A stretch of DNA of 61,177 nucleotides, the filler included. It is 4 parts of 4 records of this genome, joined end to end, with 100 filler letters (N's around TTAATTAATTAA, not from the genome) between each part and the next. Parts side by side here need not be neighbours in the genome. Positions count along the whole stretch, not along the records: positions 1 to 16,106 come from SRR31156797_3494; 3 more parts are not named here. One strand, given 5' to 3'. Of this stretch, positions 1-9,832 are shown piece after piece. The first letter of the stretch is position 1, and each line of letters opens with the position of its first letter. Below the pieces are notes generated by a model that saw only the letters and a list, made by a program, of their open reading frames with translations, ran no database searches and was not told the origin of the DNA. A program made the position numbers and the translations under genes.

Positions 1-1
1 G

Positions 2-169
2 ACCTTCAACATAACACAAGGTGTCATCTGGGGTTTTTTGGCCTTCACCATTTTAAAAATCGCCCTCGGCAAAGGGAAAGAGATCCACTGGATGGTTTAT
101 GTCATTGATGCTTTCATTCTTTTGGAACTTATCTCATTGTTCCTGGAAAAACATGGGAATTTTCAATGA
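2..169 (+). CDS. NCS2/AzgA-type nucleobase permease, C-terminal fragment (truncated at window start)
   Basis: Frame 2 translated by hand: TFNITQGVIWGFLAFTILKIALGKGKEIHWMVYVIDAFILL..., resembling the last two TM helices of AzgA/PbuG-like permeases; TGA at 167-169. Not in the ORF track. Confidence 0.7.
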   Translation, partial: TFNITQGVIWGFLAFTILKIALGKGKEIHWMVYVIDAFILLELISLFLEKHGNFQ

Positions 170-329
170 ATAATCCGGTTTCTCTCGCTGAAAAAGGGTC
201 CCCGGCAAAATTCAAAGCCTGCCTGAAAGCGCAATCCCATACACCTTCGGAACTCTTTTCGGCGGTCCGCACGGCCCTTTTATGGAAAGAGTCGGAAAAA
301 GCGTGCCCGCTCTTTGAATCAAATGTTAG

Positions 330-1226
330 TTATGCCCAATCGAGATCAGGAAATGCTTCCAGGAGTGATGCAGGCATTTGAATATCCTTATCCCCCAGTT
401 CAGCCAATAATTGAGCGGCATTGGCAGCTGCCTGTCCATTGGGGTGATTGTTTTGAACCACATAGGTTTCCCGGGCCTTTTTTGCCACTTGTGTAACAAT
501 CTTTGAAATTCCAACCAATTCGGATTCAGCATACATGTAATCATACCTGGCACCGGGAGAAGGGGGATCGCTTTGACCTTTCGGATTTGATGGAAACCAG
601 GCATCGTAATTCCGGCCATGCATGCGGACATACCCGACGGCACCTGTTTGAACCGGTTTTAAAGAGATGGATTTTCCGATGACGGGCTGATCAATGGCCG
701 CTACCCCGACCTGTTGTTGTTTCAAATAATCATAAAATTTATCCTGATCCCAGGATGCATGCCGCACTTCCACCACCAATGGAAACATATGAAATGTCTT
801 AATCAGCTTTGCCAGCCATTTTTTGCCGTTATCATCGCATTTAAAACTCCATGGAAATTGAATCAAAACGGCGCCCAACACGCCCGACTCCATTAACGGA
901 TCAAGCCCCTCCCGCACTTGCATGACTTCTTTTTGGGTATAAGGGATCCTCTGATGGGTAAATCGCCGCCACAGCTTTGCCGTAAATTTAAATTTCCGAT
1001 TATGAGCTACTGTTCGCACCCACCTTTCGGCCGTCCGGGCAGCAGCCGGGTAATAATAGGTGCTGTTGATCTCTACTGTATTAAAATAATTTGCAATATA
1101 TTCCAGCTCAGAAAATAATCTGGAAGGTTTTGCAGGATAAACATTGCCGTACCAATCCTTATAATGCCAGCCCGCGGGTCCAACCCGGATGTCATGTTTC
1201 CTCAATGATGTTAAGTGAGTGTTCAT
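330..1226 (-). CDS. DUF72 (YecE-like) domain protein
   Basis: IRVGPAGWHYKDW, FNTVEINSTYY, LIQFPWSF, VVEVRHASW, YVRMHGRN and YDYMY motifs typical of DUF72. Confidence 0.9.
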   Translation of the reverse strand: MNTHLTSLRKHDIRVGPAGWHYKDWYGNVYPAKPSRLFSELEYIANYFNTVEINSTYYYPAAARTAERWVRTVAHNRKFKFTAKLWRRFTHQRIPYTQKEVMQVREGLDPLMESGVLGAVLIQFPWSFKCDDNGKKWLAKLIKTFHMFPLVVEVRHASWDQDKFYDYLKQQQVGVAAIDQPVIGKSISLKPVQTGAVGYVRMHGRNYDAWFPSNPKGQSDPPSPGARYDYMYAESELVGISKIVTQVAKKARETYVVQNNHPNGQAAANAAQLLAELGDKDIQMPASLLEAFPDLDWA

Positions 1227-1349
1227 TCCGAATATCTGTGTATTCCGTTACTCATGATGAGCTGAGTCCCATCCCACTCCTTGTGCACATGAGTAAATAT
1301 GGCCATCAGTACAACCGAACCCTGGAAAGGAGTTAACCCCATTATCCCC

Positions 1350-1378
1350 TTGACCATCCTCCGCCTATTCTTTATACT
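1350..1378 (+). promoter_or_regulatory. Putative sigma70 promoter of the lytic transglycosylase gene
   Basis: TTGACC-17 bp-TATACT about 60 bp upstream of the ATG at 1440. Confidence 0.55.
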
Positions 1379-1439
1379 CCAAAAACTTTAAATTGATATA
1401 CTAAATGGTACACCCTGATTTTCGATTCAACGGAGAAAA

Positions 1440-3359
1440 ATGCGATTTCATTTAAGAAAAACCGGCTGGCTATGGACCTTCCTCTATCTGCTCCTGATAT
1501 TTACCGGGTGCGCCACCCAATCCCGTCAACAACACACCGGATCAAACCCATCCACGGGGGCCGGGTCTTCCACAGGCACTCCCATTGCAGGTCCGTCGAC
1601 CGAACCTGACCCATCCTCTCACCCATCCGATGTTTATGGAGATACGGAAGAAACCGCGCACCGTTTTCCGGAAATGGACAACAACGATGAAAATTTTCTC
1701 TATCATGAGAATGGAGAGAATGTTACATCATTCCCCCGGTCCGATAAAGCGGAAAAATCGAACCAGGAACAGCTCGACTCGGCTCTCGAATTCTGCAATG
1801 CGTCCAATGATTTCTGGGAGCAGGGAGATCTGGAAAATGCCATCGATGCACTGGACGAATCCTACTCCATCATACTGAAAATCGATCCTAGCAAATCACC
1901 GGAAACTCAGCAACAGATAGATGATTTGCGATTCACCATTTCCCAACGCATCCTGCAGGTCTATTCATCCCGGTTTACCGTTTTAAACGGCAATCACAAG
2001 GCCATTCCCCTGGATATGAATCCCCATGTGAAAAAAGCCCTGGATCTGTATAAGGGACGTTACAAGAAATCCTTTCTGGTAGCCTACCGGCGATCAGGGA
2101 AATACCGCCCGTTTATCGTAAACCGCCTTAAGGAAGCAGGACTTCCCGAGGAACTCTCCTGGTTGCCCCTGATCGAAAGCGGTTTCAAGGTCAGGGCGCT
2201 TTCACGGGCAAGGGCACTGGGCATGTGGCAATTCATTGCATCCACCGGATATAAATACGGACTTAAGCGGGATCGATGGGTGGACGAAAGAATGGACCCT
2301 GAAAAATCGACGGAAGCCGCCATCGCCTATTTGAAAGAGCTCCACCAGATTTTCGGCGACTGGGATACGGTCCTTGCCGCCTACAACTGCGGCGAAGGGC
2401 GCGTCCTGCGGGTCATCAATTCCCAAAAGGTCAATTACCTGGACCATTTCTGGGATCTCTATACGCGGCTGCCCTCTGAAACGGCTTTCTATGTCCCGAA
2501 GTTTCTCGCGGTGCTGCACATCATCAACGACCCCAAAGCACACGGCTTTGTACTGCCACCCGTGGACAAACCCCTGGCAACGGAAACCGTCACCATTGAC
2601 AGACAGGTCTCCCTCAAATCAATGTCGGAACACATCGGTGTTTCACGCACCGTTTTAGAGCAGTTGAACCCATCTCTCAAACATCGTACCACCCCGCCCA
2701 GGCCCTACGCTGTCAGGGTTCCCGAAGGTAAACGGGAGGTCATCCTGGCCAAACTGAGTCAAATGCCCAACTGGTGCCCTCCGCCGCCCGTTCGGACCAC
2801 ATACAAGCGCGGCACGGTTACGCACCGCGTCAGAAAGGGCGAGACCCTTTCAACCATCGCCCGCCGATACGGCACCAGTGTGAAATCGATCATGCGCACC
2901 AACCGTCTGAAAAGCAGCCGATATATCAAAGTGGGATGGAAGCTCAGAATACCCGTCAAAAAAAGATATGCTTCCACACAAAAAGTTGCAGCATCCACCG
3001 TTTCTTCAAAAAAAAGTACTCCAAAGGCGTATCCCCCCGCTGCTAAACGCTATGCGGTTCGAAAAGGGGATTCCCTCTGGAAAATCGCCAACCGTTTCAG
3101 GACCACCACCAAGGCCATACAAACCGCAAATAGGATGTCCGGTACCGCCTTGAGCATCGGCCAGGTCCTTGTCATTCCCAGTCCTCCCACGAGCGTCGGC
3201 AAGGTCAAAACAGCTTCTTACAGGGTTTTGAAAGGAGATTCGCCATATATCATCGCTCAAAAACACCAGATGGACCTCTCCACCCTGCTGCGAATAAACC
3301 GGCTGACCCCCCGAAGCACTATTTTTCCCGGCCAGTTTCTACTGGTCAAGGCAAAGTAA
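1440..3359 (+). CDS. mltD: Lipoprotein lytic murein transglycosylase, MltD-like (SLT domain + 3 LysM)
   Basis: Lipobox IFTGC; SLT motifs LPLIESGF, ALGMWQFI, LAAYNCGEG; three C-terminal LysM repeats (HRVRKGETL, YAVRKGDSL, YRVLKGDSP); GGAG RBS. Confidence 0.88.
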   Translation: MRFHLRKTGWLWTFLYLLLIFTGCATQSRQQHTGSNPSTGAGSSTGTPIAGPSTEPDPSSHPSDVYGDTEETAHRFPEMDNNDENFLYHENGENVTSFPRSDKAEKSNQEQLDSALEFCNASNDFWEQGDLENAIDALDESYSIILKIDPSKSPETQQQIDDLRFTISQRILQVYSSRFTVLNGNHKAIPLDMNPHVKKALDLYKGRYKKSFLVAYRRSGKYRPFIVNRLKEAGLPEELSWLPLIESGFKVRALSRARALGMWQFIASTGYKYGLKRDRWVDERMDPEKSTEAAIAYLKELHQIFGDWDTVLAAYNCGEGRVLRVINSQKVNYLDHFWDLYTRLPSETAFYVPKFLAVLHIINDPKAHGFVLPPVDKPLATETVTIDRQVSLKSMSEHIGVSRTVLEQLNPSLKHRTTPPRPYAVRVPEGKREVILAKLSQMPNWCPPPPVRTTYKRGTVTHRVRKGETLSTIARRYGTSVKSIMRTNRLKSSRYIKVGWKLRIPVKKRYASTQKVAASTVSSKKSTPKAYPPAAKRYAVRKGDSLWKIANRFRTTTKAIQTANRMSGTALSIGQVLVIPSPPTSVGKVKTASYRVLKGDSPYIIAQKHQMDLSTLLRINRLTPRSTIFPGQFLLVKAK

Positions 3360-3954
3360 TTATATCCAATAGCATTTCCACCACCTCATCAAGATGCCTG
3401 CATACATAATCCGGATTTGGATCTCCCGTAGCCATTGTTGATTTTCCCCCATTGGTCAAGAGGATTGTCCCGGCACCGGCCTTTTTTCCGGCAATCACAT
3501 CAAATCTGAAATCTCCGACCACCATCAACTCTTCAGGGAGGCATCCCATATGCATTGCCGCTTTAAAAACCCCTTCGGGCGAAGGCTTGGGCGGAGCCGC
3601 TTCACGGGTAATCACCGCATGAAAATCGCGGTATTCAATGCCGTCAAATTGTTGAAGAGCCGAAACCACTGATTTATGACTGTTACGGGTAATGATGCCA
3701 ACGGGCACATCCCTCATTCTCAATGTTGAAAGGCACGCTTCCGCACCCCGGTTGGGAGTGGATAAAAGCGCAGCCTTCGCCTCATATCCTTCAAGAATTT
3801 CCGTCAAAACAACCCGATTTTTCGGTGGCTGCTGTTTGATGAACTCCAGAATCGCCATGTCATGAGGACATCCAATGGCCTGTTTAATGGCCAAAAAATC
3901 AATGGCACCCGGTTTTGTGAGTGTGCCGTCAAAATCGAACAAAACCCCTTTCAT
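3346..3954 (-). CDS. HAD-superfamily hydrolase (phosphoglycolate phosphatase-like)
   Basis: Motif I DFDGTL, motif II ITRN, KPSP, motif IV VGDFRFD. Confidence 0.88.
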   Translation of the reverse strand: MKGVLFDFDGTLTKPGAIDFLAIKQAIGCPHDMAILEFIKQQPPKNRVVLTEILEGYEAKAALLSTPNRGAEACLSTLRMRDVPVGIITRNSHKSVVSALQQFDGIEYRDFHAVITREAAPPKPSPEGVFKAAMHMGCLPEELMVVGDFRFDVIAGKKAGAGTILLTNGGKSTMATGDPNPDYVCRHLDEVVEMLLDIITLP

Positions 3955-4030
3955 ATGAAATCCCCTGCTATCGGCCCGTGCCTTGACGGCAGCCGCCTGT
4001 TATATTCTTTTTGGGATCACTAAATCCCCT

Positions 4031-4059
4031 TTGACTTAAATGGAAATATATCCTAACAT
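4031..4059 (+). promoter_or_regulatory. Putative sigma70 promoter of the chemosensory operon
   Basis: TTGACT-17 bp-TAACAT upstream of an AGGAGG RBS and the TTG start at 4134. Confidence 0.55.
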
Positions 4060-4133
4060 TCGTGCGGTTTAACATCCATTTTTTTGCACTCTTCATTCAT
4101 GAATTTTTACTTTTTTTTAAGGAGGCCTGACCA

Positions 4134-5054
4134 TTGAGCCATAAGCCGAGGGTTCTTCTGGTTGACGATAATCCTGTTAGCCTGAAAGTGGCAAAGATGC
4201 TGCTGGAAAAGGAAGGGGTTCAAGTGGACAGTGTTATGGATGGCGAAACAGCCATTGCCAACATTCAGAGCACTCCCTACAGCATGGTTCTGATGGATAT
4301 CCAGTTGCCGGGAATGGACGGCCTTGAAACCACAAAACAGATCCGTCAATGGGAGATGTCTTCTTCACGGGGTGAAAATCATTCCCCCATGTCCATCATC
4401 GCTTTGACCGGCGCGGATCAAGAAGAAGATCAACAGGCATGCCTGAAGGCGGGCATGGACGACGTCATTTTGAAGCCTCTCCGCCCGGAAAAGATTGAAA
4501 AGGCCTTGCGATTCATCTCCGTTAGCCCCAAAAGCAACGATCAATTGTCCACCCACATACTTAACACATTGAAAAAACACGATGAATCAACGTCTTCCGC
4601 TCCTGCCAAATCATCCATTCGGAATCTGGTGACCTTTTCCCTGGGCAAGGAGAAATATGCCTTTGATATGGATTTCATGAAGAAAATACGCTGGGCAGAG
4701 GGTATTACACCGGTCCCCGGACTTCCCCCCCATATTCCCGGAATCATCAATCTTCGAGGCGAAATCATTTCGGTGGTAGATTTAAAGGCTTTACTGGGAA
4801 TTCAGTCGAAAACCCCTTCAAAAGCCTCCATCATGGTCACCAGCATGAAGGGGGTAGACGTCGGCTTCCTCGTTGACAGTGTGGATGAAATCATCGATCT
4901 CCCTTTGAAATCCATTGATCCGCCCATGATCACCTTTGAGAAGGAGTATTCAGAATTTATTGATGGAGAAACACGCCTGGGTGAAAGTCCGGTGGTTATT
5001 TTGAACTATCGGAAAATTATGGCCTCTGAAAAAATGAATATTCACAAAAAATAG
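4134..5054 (+). CDS. Receiver domain-CheW fusion (REC N-terminal, CheW C-terminal)
   Basis: REC: LLVDDN, LMDIQLPGMDG, IIALT, ILKP. CheW: LVTFSLGKEKYAF, ITPVPGLPPHIPGIINLRGEIISVVDL, VGFLVDSV. TTG start with AGGAGG RBS. Confidence 0.85.
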   Translation: MSHKPRVLLVDDNPVSLKVAKMLLEKEGVQVDSVMDGETAIANIQSTPYSMVLMDIQLPGMDGLETTKQIRQWEMSSSRGENHSPMSIIALTGADQEEDQQACLKAGMDDVILKPLRPEKIEKALRFISVSPKSNDQLSTHILNTLKKHDESTSSAPAKSSIRNLVTFSLGKEKYAFDMDFMKKIRWAEGITPVPGLPPHIPGIINLRGEIISVVDLKALLGIQSKTPSKASIMVTSMKGVDVGFLVDSVDEIIDLPLKSIDPPMITFEKEYSEFIDGETRLGESPVVILNYRKIMASEKMNIHKK

Positions 5055-5059
5055 CGCAC

Positions 5060-5485
5060 ATGACCCCTGCCGCTGATATCCGGAACATGCATCACAAAAC
5101 CTTTGATTTCCTTCTCTTCCGACTGGGATCGTTTCTTCTGGGGGTGGCTGCCGAACAGATAATTCGGATCAGACGTGGGAACATGCCCCAAATCGATTCA
5201 AACAGCCGACAGGTGAACCTCAGAGACATTTTTCAAATGTCACCCGACACACAAACGAACGATTCGGCCGCCGTTCTGGAGGTCAAAAACCGATGGGGCC
5301 GGACTTACGTTCCGGTGGACACGGCGGAAGGCACAATCGCCTTGAAACTGGATCAGATAAAAGAACTGCCGCCTTTGGTTGATTTCCACAAAAGCCATGC
5401 TGCTCTATGGGGGCTGGCCCTGCTGGACGAAAAAATTGCGTTTCTCCTGGATCTTGACCAGCTAAAACCTGAAAAAGAATCATAA
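5060..5485 (+). CDS. Divergent CheW-like adaptor
   Basis: FLLFRLGSFLLGV at the start and LWGLALLDEKIAFLLDLDQL at the end match the CheW fold; central motif degenerate; operon context. Confidence 0.65.
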   Translation: MTPAADIRNMHHKTFDFLLFRLGSFLLGVAAEQIIRIRRGNMPQIDSNSRQVNLRDIFQMSPDTQTNDSAAVLEVKNRWGRTYVPVDTAEGTIALKLDQIKELPPLVDFHKSHAALWGLALLDEKIAFLLDLDQLKPEKES

Positions 5486-5561
5486 GGGCCTGACTGCCGA
5501 ATAAATCAAAGGCTCTTTCAGAAAACCGACATATGTTACAAAATAATCGGGGGACTTCCAA

Positions 5562-7649
5562 ATGAATGCATTGCAAAAAAAAATCGGTTTTAATCAATTC
5601 CTGTATTTTGTCGCGGTGGTGGGCCTCCTGGGCGTTCCCTATGTTCTCTTTTCCCTCGAAATGACCCCCGACCAAATGAGACAACTCTTGATTACCTATG
5701 CATGGGAAAGCATATTGTTCTGCACCCTATGCACCTGGCTGCCCATGCACTGGACACGCATTATCCCCACCCATGATGAACCGGATATTGACGACAGGCC
5801 CCAAGATCCGGAGCGTTTGAAACGAACTCTCGCAACCGCCTACAGACTTCCCCGGAAAGTAGCTGTTGTTTCATTTGCGGCTATCCTTTTCTCCTTTGCC
5901 ATCGGTGTTCTGCAACTGGTTTCTTTTGCCCAATTTGATTTGATTCAGTCCATTGAAGCGTTCACGGCGGGCGTTATCATCAGCGTGATCTATGCCATTT
6001 GCACATATTTTAATATTGAGCGGGTACTTTCGCCCTACCTGGGCCGAATGGTCCACCGGTCCGGCATAAAAAATCCGCCCCGGGTCTTTTCCATTTTCAG
6101 TAAAGTGATGGTTGTCTGCGTGGGAATCATGGTTGTTGCGATCCTTTTTGAAGTGAGTATCAGCTACGTATGCTCCATGAGGCTGCTTGAATCCGAACTA
6201 ACCAAATCGGCCACACAGGAACTCATTCGGCTCAAAGCATCTCTTTATGGAAACTCCTTCAACGAATCGGAAAGCCACAAAATAATAGAATTATTAAATC
6301 GCCTGGATTCGGGAAGTACCCCCCCCCTGTTTCTTTTGAACAACCGGGGGGAAATCCTTTCGGGGAAACCGGCCCTCCCTTTTAAGCCTGAAAATAGCGG
6401 TGCTTTAAAAGGGCTGTTTCAAACCCTCGAACAAAATCCCATCAAAAAGGATATCATCAACAATATCACATGGTGTGCCGTTTCCCTTGATGACGGAAAC
6501 CGAATGCTCATACGAATCATCGATGTGGGTGAACTGGAAAAGCTGGAAGCGGTTTTTCTAAAACGGGCCTTTGCCATATCCGGGCTGATCCTTATTATCG
6601 CAATCTTTCTGAGTTACGGCCTGGCTTTCAGCGTCTCCGAACCCATTAAGAAACTCAACCGGGCCGCAAAACGCATCGAAAGGGGAGAATTCGGACTTCA
6701 CCCCGTCACCGGCAGCGGCGATGAAGTGGGTGCATTGGCGTACAGCTTCTTCCAGATGGAAACGGCACTCAAGAACATTATCCTTAAGATTAAGGAGGCC
6801 GCTTTCAAAATCAATTCCGCCAGCAACGAGATTGTGGCGGCAGCGGAACAGCAATCATCGGGCGCATCCGAGCAGGCTTCCAGTGTGGGAGAAACAACCG
6901 CCACCCTTGAAGAATTATCAGCAACCGCCCGACAGATCGCTGAAAACAGCGAGGTCCAGGCCGGCATGGCTGAATCCACCCTCAAAAACGCCGAAGACAG
7001 CCTGAAAGCCATGGGTGAAACCGAGATTGTGATGTCGGATATTCGACAGAGAACCGAAGTCAGCGCCGGAAAAATCATGGACCTGGGAGAGAAATCCCAG
7101 AAAATCGGCAAAGTGCTGAGCATCATCAATGATATTGCCGCCGAAACCAAAATGTTGTCCTTAAACGCCGCCATCGAAGCCAGCCGGGCCGGAGAAGCCG
7201 GAAAAGGGTTTTCAGTGGTGGCGGGAGAAATTCGAAAACTGGCTGAAAATGTCGTCAAATCAACAGGCTCCATAGAAGAAATGCTAAAGGAAATCCAGGG
7301 GGCTGCAAACATATCCGTCATGGCATCGGAGGAAAATGTCAAAATCGTGACCACGGGCGTCCATGAACTGGACCGGGTCAGAACCGCCCTGGAAGAGATC
7401 GTTCACCTGGCCGAACAGTCAACCGACGCCGCCAAAGAAATATCCATGACCACAGGGCAACAGAAAACAGCCAGCGAACAGACCGCCGTGGCCATGCGGG
7501 AGATATCCCAAGTCACCCGGCAGATGGCTGCCGCATCAACACAGACCACCCATTCGGCCCAGGGGCTTCACCTCCTGGCAAAGGACATTCGGAATCTCGT
7601 CGCAGGGTTTCAAAACACACCTGAATCCGGGAAAGGCAACAATGGATAA
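5562..7649 (+). CDS. Methyl-accepting chemotaxis protein (about 6 TM, HAMP, MA domain)
   Basis: Signalling hairpin IAAETKMLSLNAAIEASRAGEAGKGFSVVAGEIRKLA; HAMP (PIKKL...DEVGAL); multiple hydrophobic N-terminal helices. Confidence 0.92.
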   Translation: MNALQKKIGFNQFLYFVAVVGLLGVPYVLFSLEMTPDQMRQLLITYAWESILFCTLCTWLPMHWTRIIPTHDEPDIDDRPQDPERLKRTLATAYRLPRKVAVVSFAAILFSFAIGVLQLVSFAQFDLIQSIEAFTAGVIISVIYAICTYFNIERVLSPYLGRMVHRSGIKNPPRVFSIFSKVMVVCVGIMVVAILFEVSISYVCSMRLLESELTKSATQELIRLKASLYGNSFNESESHKIIELLNRLDSGSTPPLFLLNNRGEILSGKPALPFKPENSGALKGLFQTLEQNPIKKDIINNITWCAVSLDDGNRMLIRIIDVGELEKLEAVFLKRAFAISGLILIIAIFLSYGLAFSVSEPIKKLNRAAKRIERGEFGLHPVTGSGDEVGALAYSFFQMETALKNIILKIKEAAFKINSASNEIVAAAEQQSSGASEQASSVGETTATLEELSATARQIAENSEVQAGMAESTLKNAEDSLKAMGETEIVMSDIRQRTEVSAGKIMDLGEKSQKIGKVLSIINDIAAETKMLSLNAAIEASRAGEAGKGFSVVAGEIRKLAENVVKSTGSIEEMLKEIQGAANISVMASEENVKIVTTGVHELDRVRTALEEIVHLAEQSTDAAKEISMTTGQQKTASEQTAVAMREISQVTRQMAAASTQTTHSAQGLHLLAKDIRNLVAGFQNTPESGKGNNG

Positions 7650-9831
7650 GTTACAGAAGAAAGTCGGTTTACACCAGGGGATATTCTTTCTTGCGGTCGT
7701 GGGACTCCTTTTCATGCCCTATGCCCTTCTGACACTGGAAATGACCCGGACACAAATCAAAGCCCTGTTGATCGTCTACGCCTGGGAAGCGCCACTTTTC
7801 GCCCTCATCTGTATGGGTTTGCCCATGCGGTGGGTGGGTGCGCTGCAGCGGGCTCGCAAAGCCGCAGGCAAAAAAGCGGATAGTGACCCGACGGAAATGT
7901 ACGCCGTGATCTCACGTGGCCTCAGACTCCCTTTAAAAATTGCCTGGGCCAACCTGGCAATTGTCCTTATGGGGTTTGTGATCGGCATTTTGCAGTTAAT
8001 CTTTTTTGCCGGATTTGATCGCTTACAGTCCATTGAATCCCTGCTCATCGGTATTATGATCGCCATGATCTATGCGGCCTGTTGTTTTTTCAACAATGAA
8101 CGGATTCTTTCCCCTCACCTGGGCAGCTGGGTTGAAGAATTCGGAATGTCTGCGCCGCCAAGGGTATTGACCCTTTTCAACAAAATCCTGGTGGTGTGCC
8201 TCTCCATCATGGTGGTGACAATTCTGTTCCAGGGCAGCGTTACATTCAGCCATTCAAATCGACTGATCGAAGGGTTGCGGGGAGAAAGCAGCCACAAAGA
8301 GCTCCTTCACCTGAAACCCATCCTCGAAAAATTGAGCGCCGAAGGACAGGAAAATGAGATTGAGAAAACCCTTTTAAAAGCCTCCGAACCCCTGGATTCA
8401 GATTTCTTTCTTTTGAACAAAAAAGGGGAGGCGCCCGCTGGGAAAAAGGGGAGCCTGCCGACCCATCAGAATAGGGAAAACCTCAAATCCGTTTTTCTGA
8501 ACCTTGTCCATAAAATGGATTCCCAAAAGACCCATACATCCCACAAAAGTTCGGAAGATCAAAAAATCTATTATGCACTGCAACTGGAAAATGAAGATCT
8601 ACTCCTGGTCAAAGTCATTGAATTTGAAGCATTGAGAAAGGAAATGACATCCCTTCTGGGAAGCATTCTCGTTTCCAGCCTGGTGGTCCTTTTCATCGCC
8701 TTATACCTGAGTTACCGGTTAGCGGAGAATGCCTCGGCACCCCTCAAAAAGCTGGAGGAGGTGGCGGATAGAATCGCCGATGGAGACATTTCCTGTCCGG
8801 TTAATGTGATCACCGGAGATGAAATCGGTGTGTTATCCTGTAGTTTTCTGCGCATGCAGCAGGAACTGAATAAACTCTCCCAACAGGCCAACAATATTGC
8901 CCGTGGAGACCTGACAAGTCAGGTGGAATTCAAAGGCGACCTTGGCAAAGCCTTCAACCGCATGCAAACCGACCTGTCAGAAATCATTGTTCAGGTGCGA
9001 GAAGCCATTCTAAAAATCAGCACCGCCTGCAACCAGATCCTCGCAAGCTCCGAGGAACAGGCATCCGGGGCTTCGGAACAGGCCGCCAGCGTGGGGGAAA
9101 CCACCGCCGGCATTGAAGAACTCTCCGCCACGGCGGGGCAAATCGCCGAAAACAGCGATATCCAGGCCGGCATGGCCGAATCCACTCAGCAAAATGCCGA
9201 AGAAAGTGCCGGTGCCATGGATGAAGCGGCCGCATTAATGGAGAGCATTCGACACCACACGGAAAAAGGGGCTGAACAGATCATGAGACTGGGAGAGAAA
9301 TCCCAACAGATCGGAAAAATTTTGGCCATCATCAATGAAGTGGCAGCGGAAACCAAAATGCTCTCCCTAAACGCCGCCATAGAGGCCAGCAAGGCCGGTG
9401 ACGCGGGAAAAGGGTTTACCGTGGTGGCTTCCGAAATCCGTAAACTGGCAGAAAATGTGGTTAAATCCACCGGTAGCATTGAAGAAATCGCCCGAGAAAT
9501 TCAGACAGCGGCCAATGGATCGGTCATGGCCGCTGAAGAGAATGTGAAGGTGGTTAAAGCAGGCGTTAAAAAACTGTCCCGCGTTGAAAAGGCCATGCAG
9601 GAAATCGTGGCAATGGCTGAACAGACCACCGATTCGGCCAAGCAGGTCTCCATGGCCACCGGTCAGCAGAAAGGGGCCAGCGAGCAGGTGGTGTTGACCA
9701 TGCGCGAACTGTCGGATGTGGCCCGACAAATGGCTGCCGCCGCCGGAGAGACCACACAATCCGCTAACAGTCTGACTCAAATGACGGAAGATTTAAAAAA
9801 GATTATCTCCGGATTCAAACTGGAGGGATGA
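7642..9831 (+). CDS. Methyl-accepting chemotaxis protein, paralog of the upstream MCP (two HAMPs)
   Basis: LSLNAAIEASKAGDAGKGFTVVASEIRKLA; HAMP1 (PLKKL...DEIGVL) and HAMP2 (ARGDL...GDLGKAFNRM); N-terminus alignable to the upstream MCP. Confidence 0.92.
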   Translation: MDKLQKKVGLHQGIFFLAVVGLLFMPYALLTLEMTRTQIKALLIVYAWEAPLFALICMGLPMRWVGALQRARKAAGKKADSDPTEMYAVISRGLRLPLKIAWANLAIVLMGFVIGILQLIFFAGFDRLQSIESLLIGIMIAMIYAACCFFNNERILSPHLGSWVEEFGMSAPPRVLTLFNKILVVCLSIMVVTILFQGSVTFSHSNRLIEGLRGESSHKELLHLKPILEKLSAEGQENEIEKTLLKASEPLDSDFFLLNKKGEAPAGKKGSLPTHQNRENLKSVFLNLVHKMDSQKTHTSHKSSEDQKIYYALQLENEDLLLVKVIEFEALRKEMTSLLGSILVSSLVVLFIALYLSYRLAENASAPLKKLEEVADRIADGDISCPVNVITGDEIGVLSCSFLRMQQELNKLSQQANNIARGDLTSQVEFKGDLGKAFNRMQTDLSEIIVQVREAILKISTACNQILASSEEQASGASEQAASVGETTAGIEELSATAGQIAENSDIQAGMAESTQQNAEESAGAMDEAAALMESIRHHTEKGAEQIMRLGEKSQQIGKILAIINEVAAETKMLSLNAAIEASKAGDAGKGFTVVASEIRKLAENVVKSTGSIEEIAREIQTAANGSVMAAEENVKVVKAGVKKLSRVEKAMQEIVAMAEQTTDSAKQVSMATGQQKGASEQVVLTMRELSDVARQMAAAAGETTQSANSLTQMTEDLKKIISGFKLEG

Positions 9832-9832
9832 C

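Noticed and set aside
166-381. 71-aa ORF coupled by ATGA to the permease stop
   Set aside because: No recognisable motif and it overlaps the convergent DUF72 gene by 52 bp; cannot be supported.
6698-7354. Long antisense ORFs (also 50334-51050, 51614-52252, 47199-47843 and others)
   Set aside because: Shadows of well-supported genes on the opposite strand; no motifs of their own.
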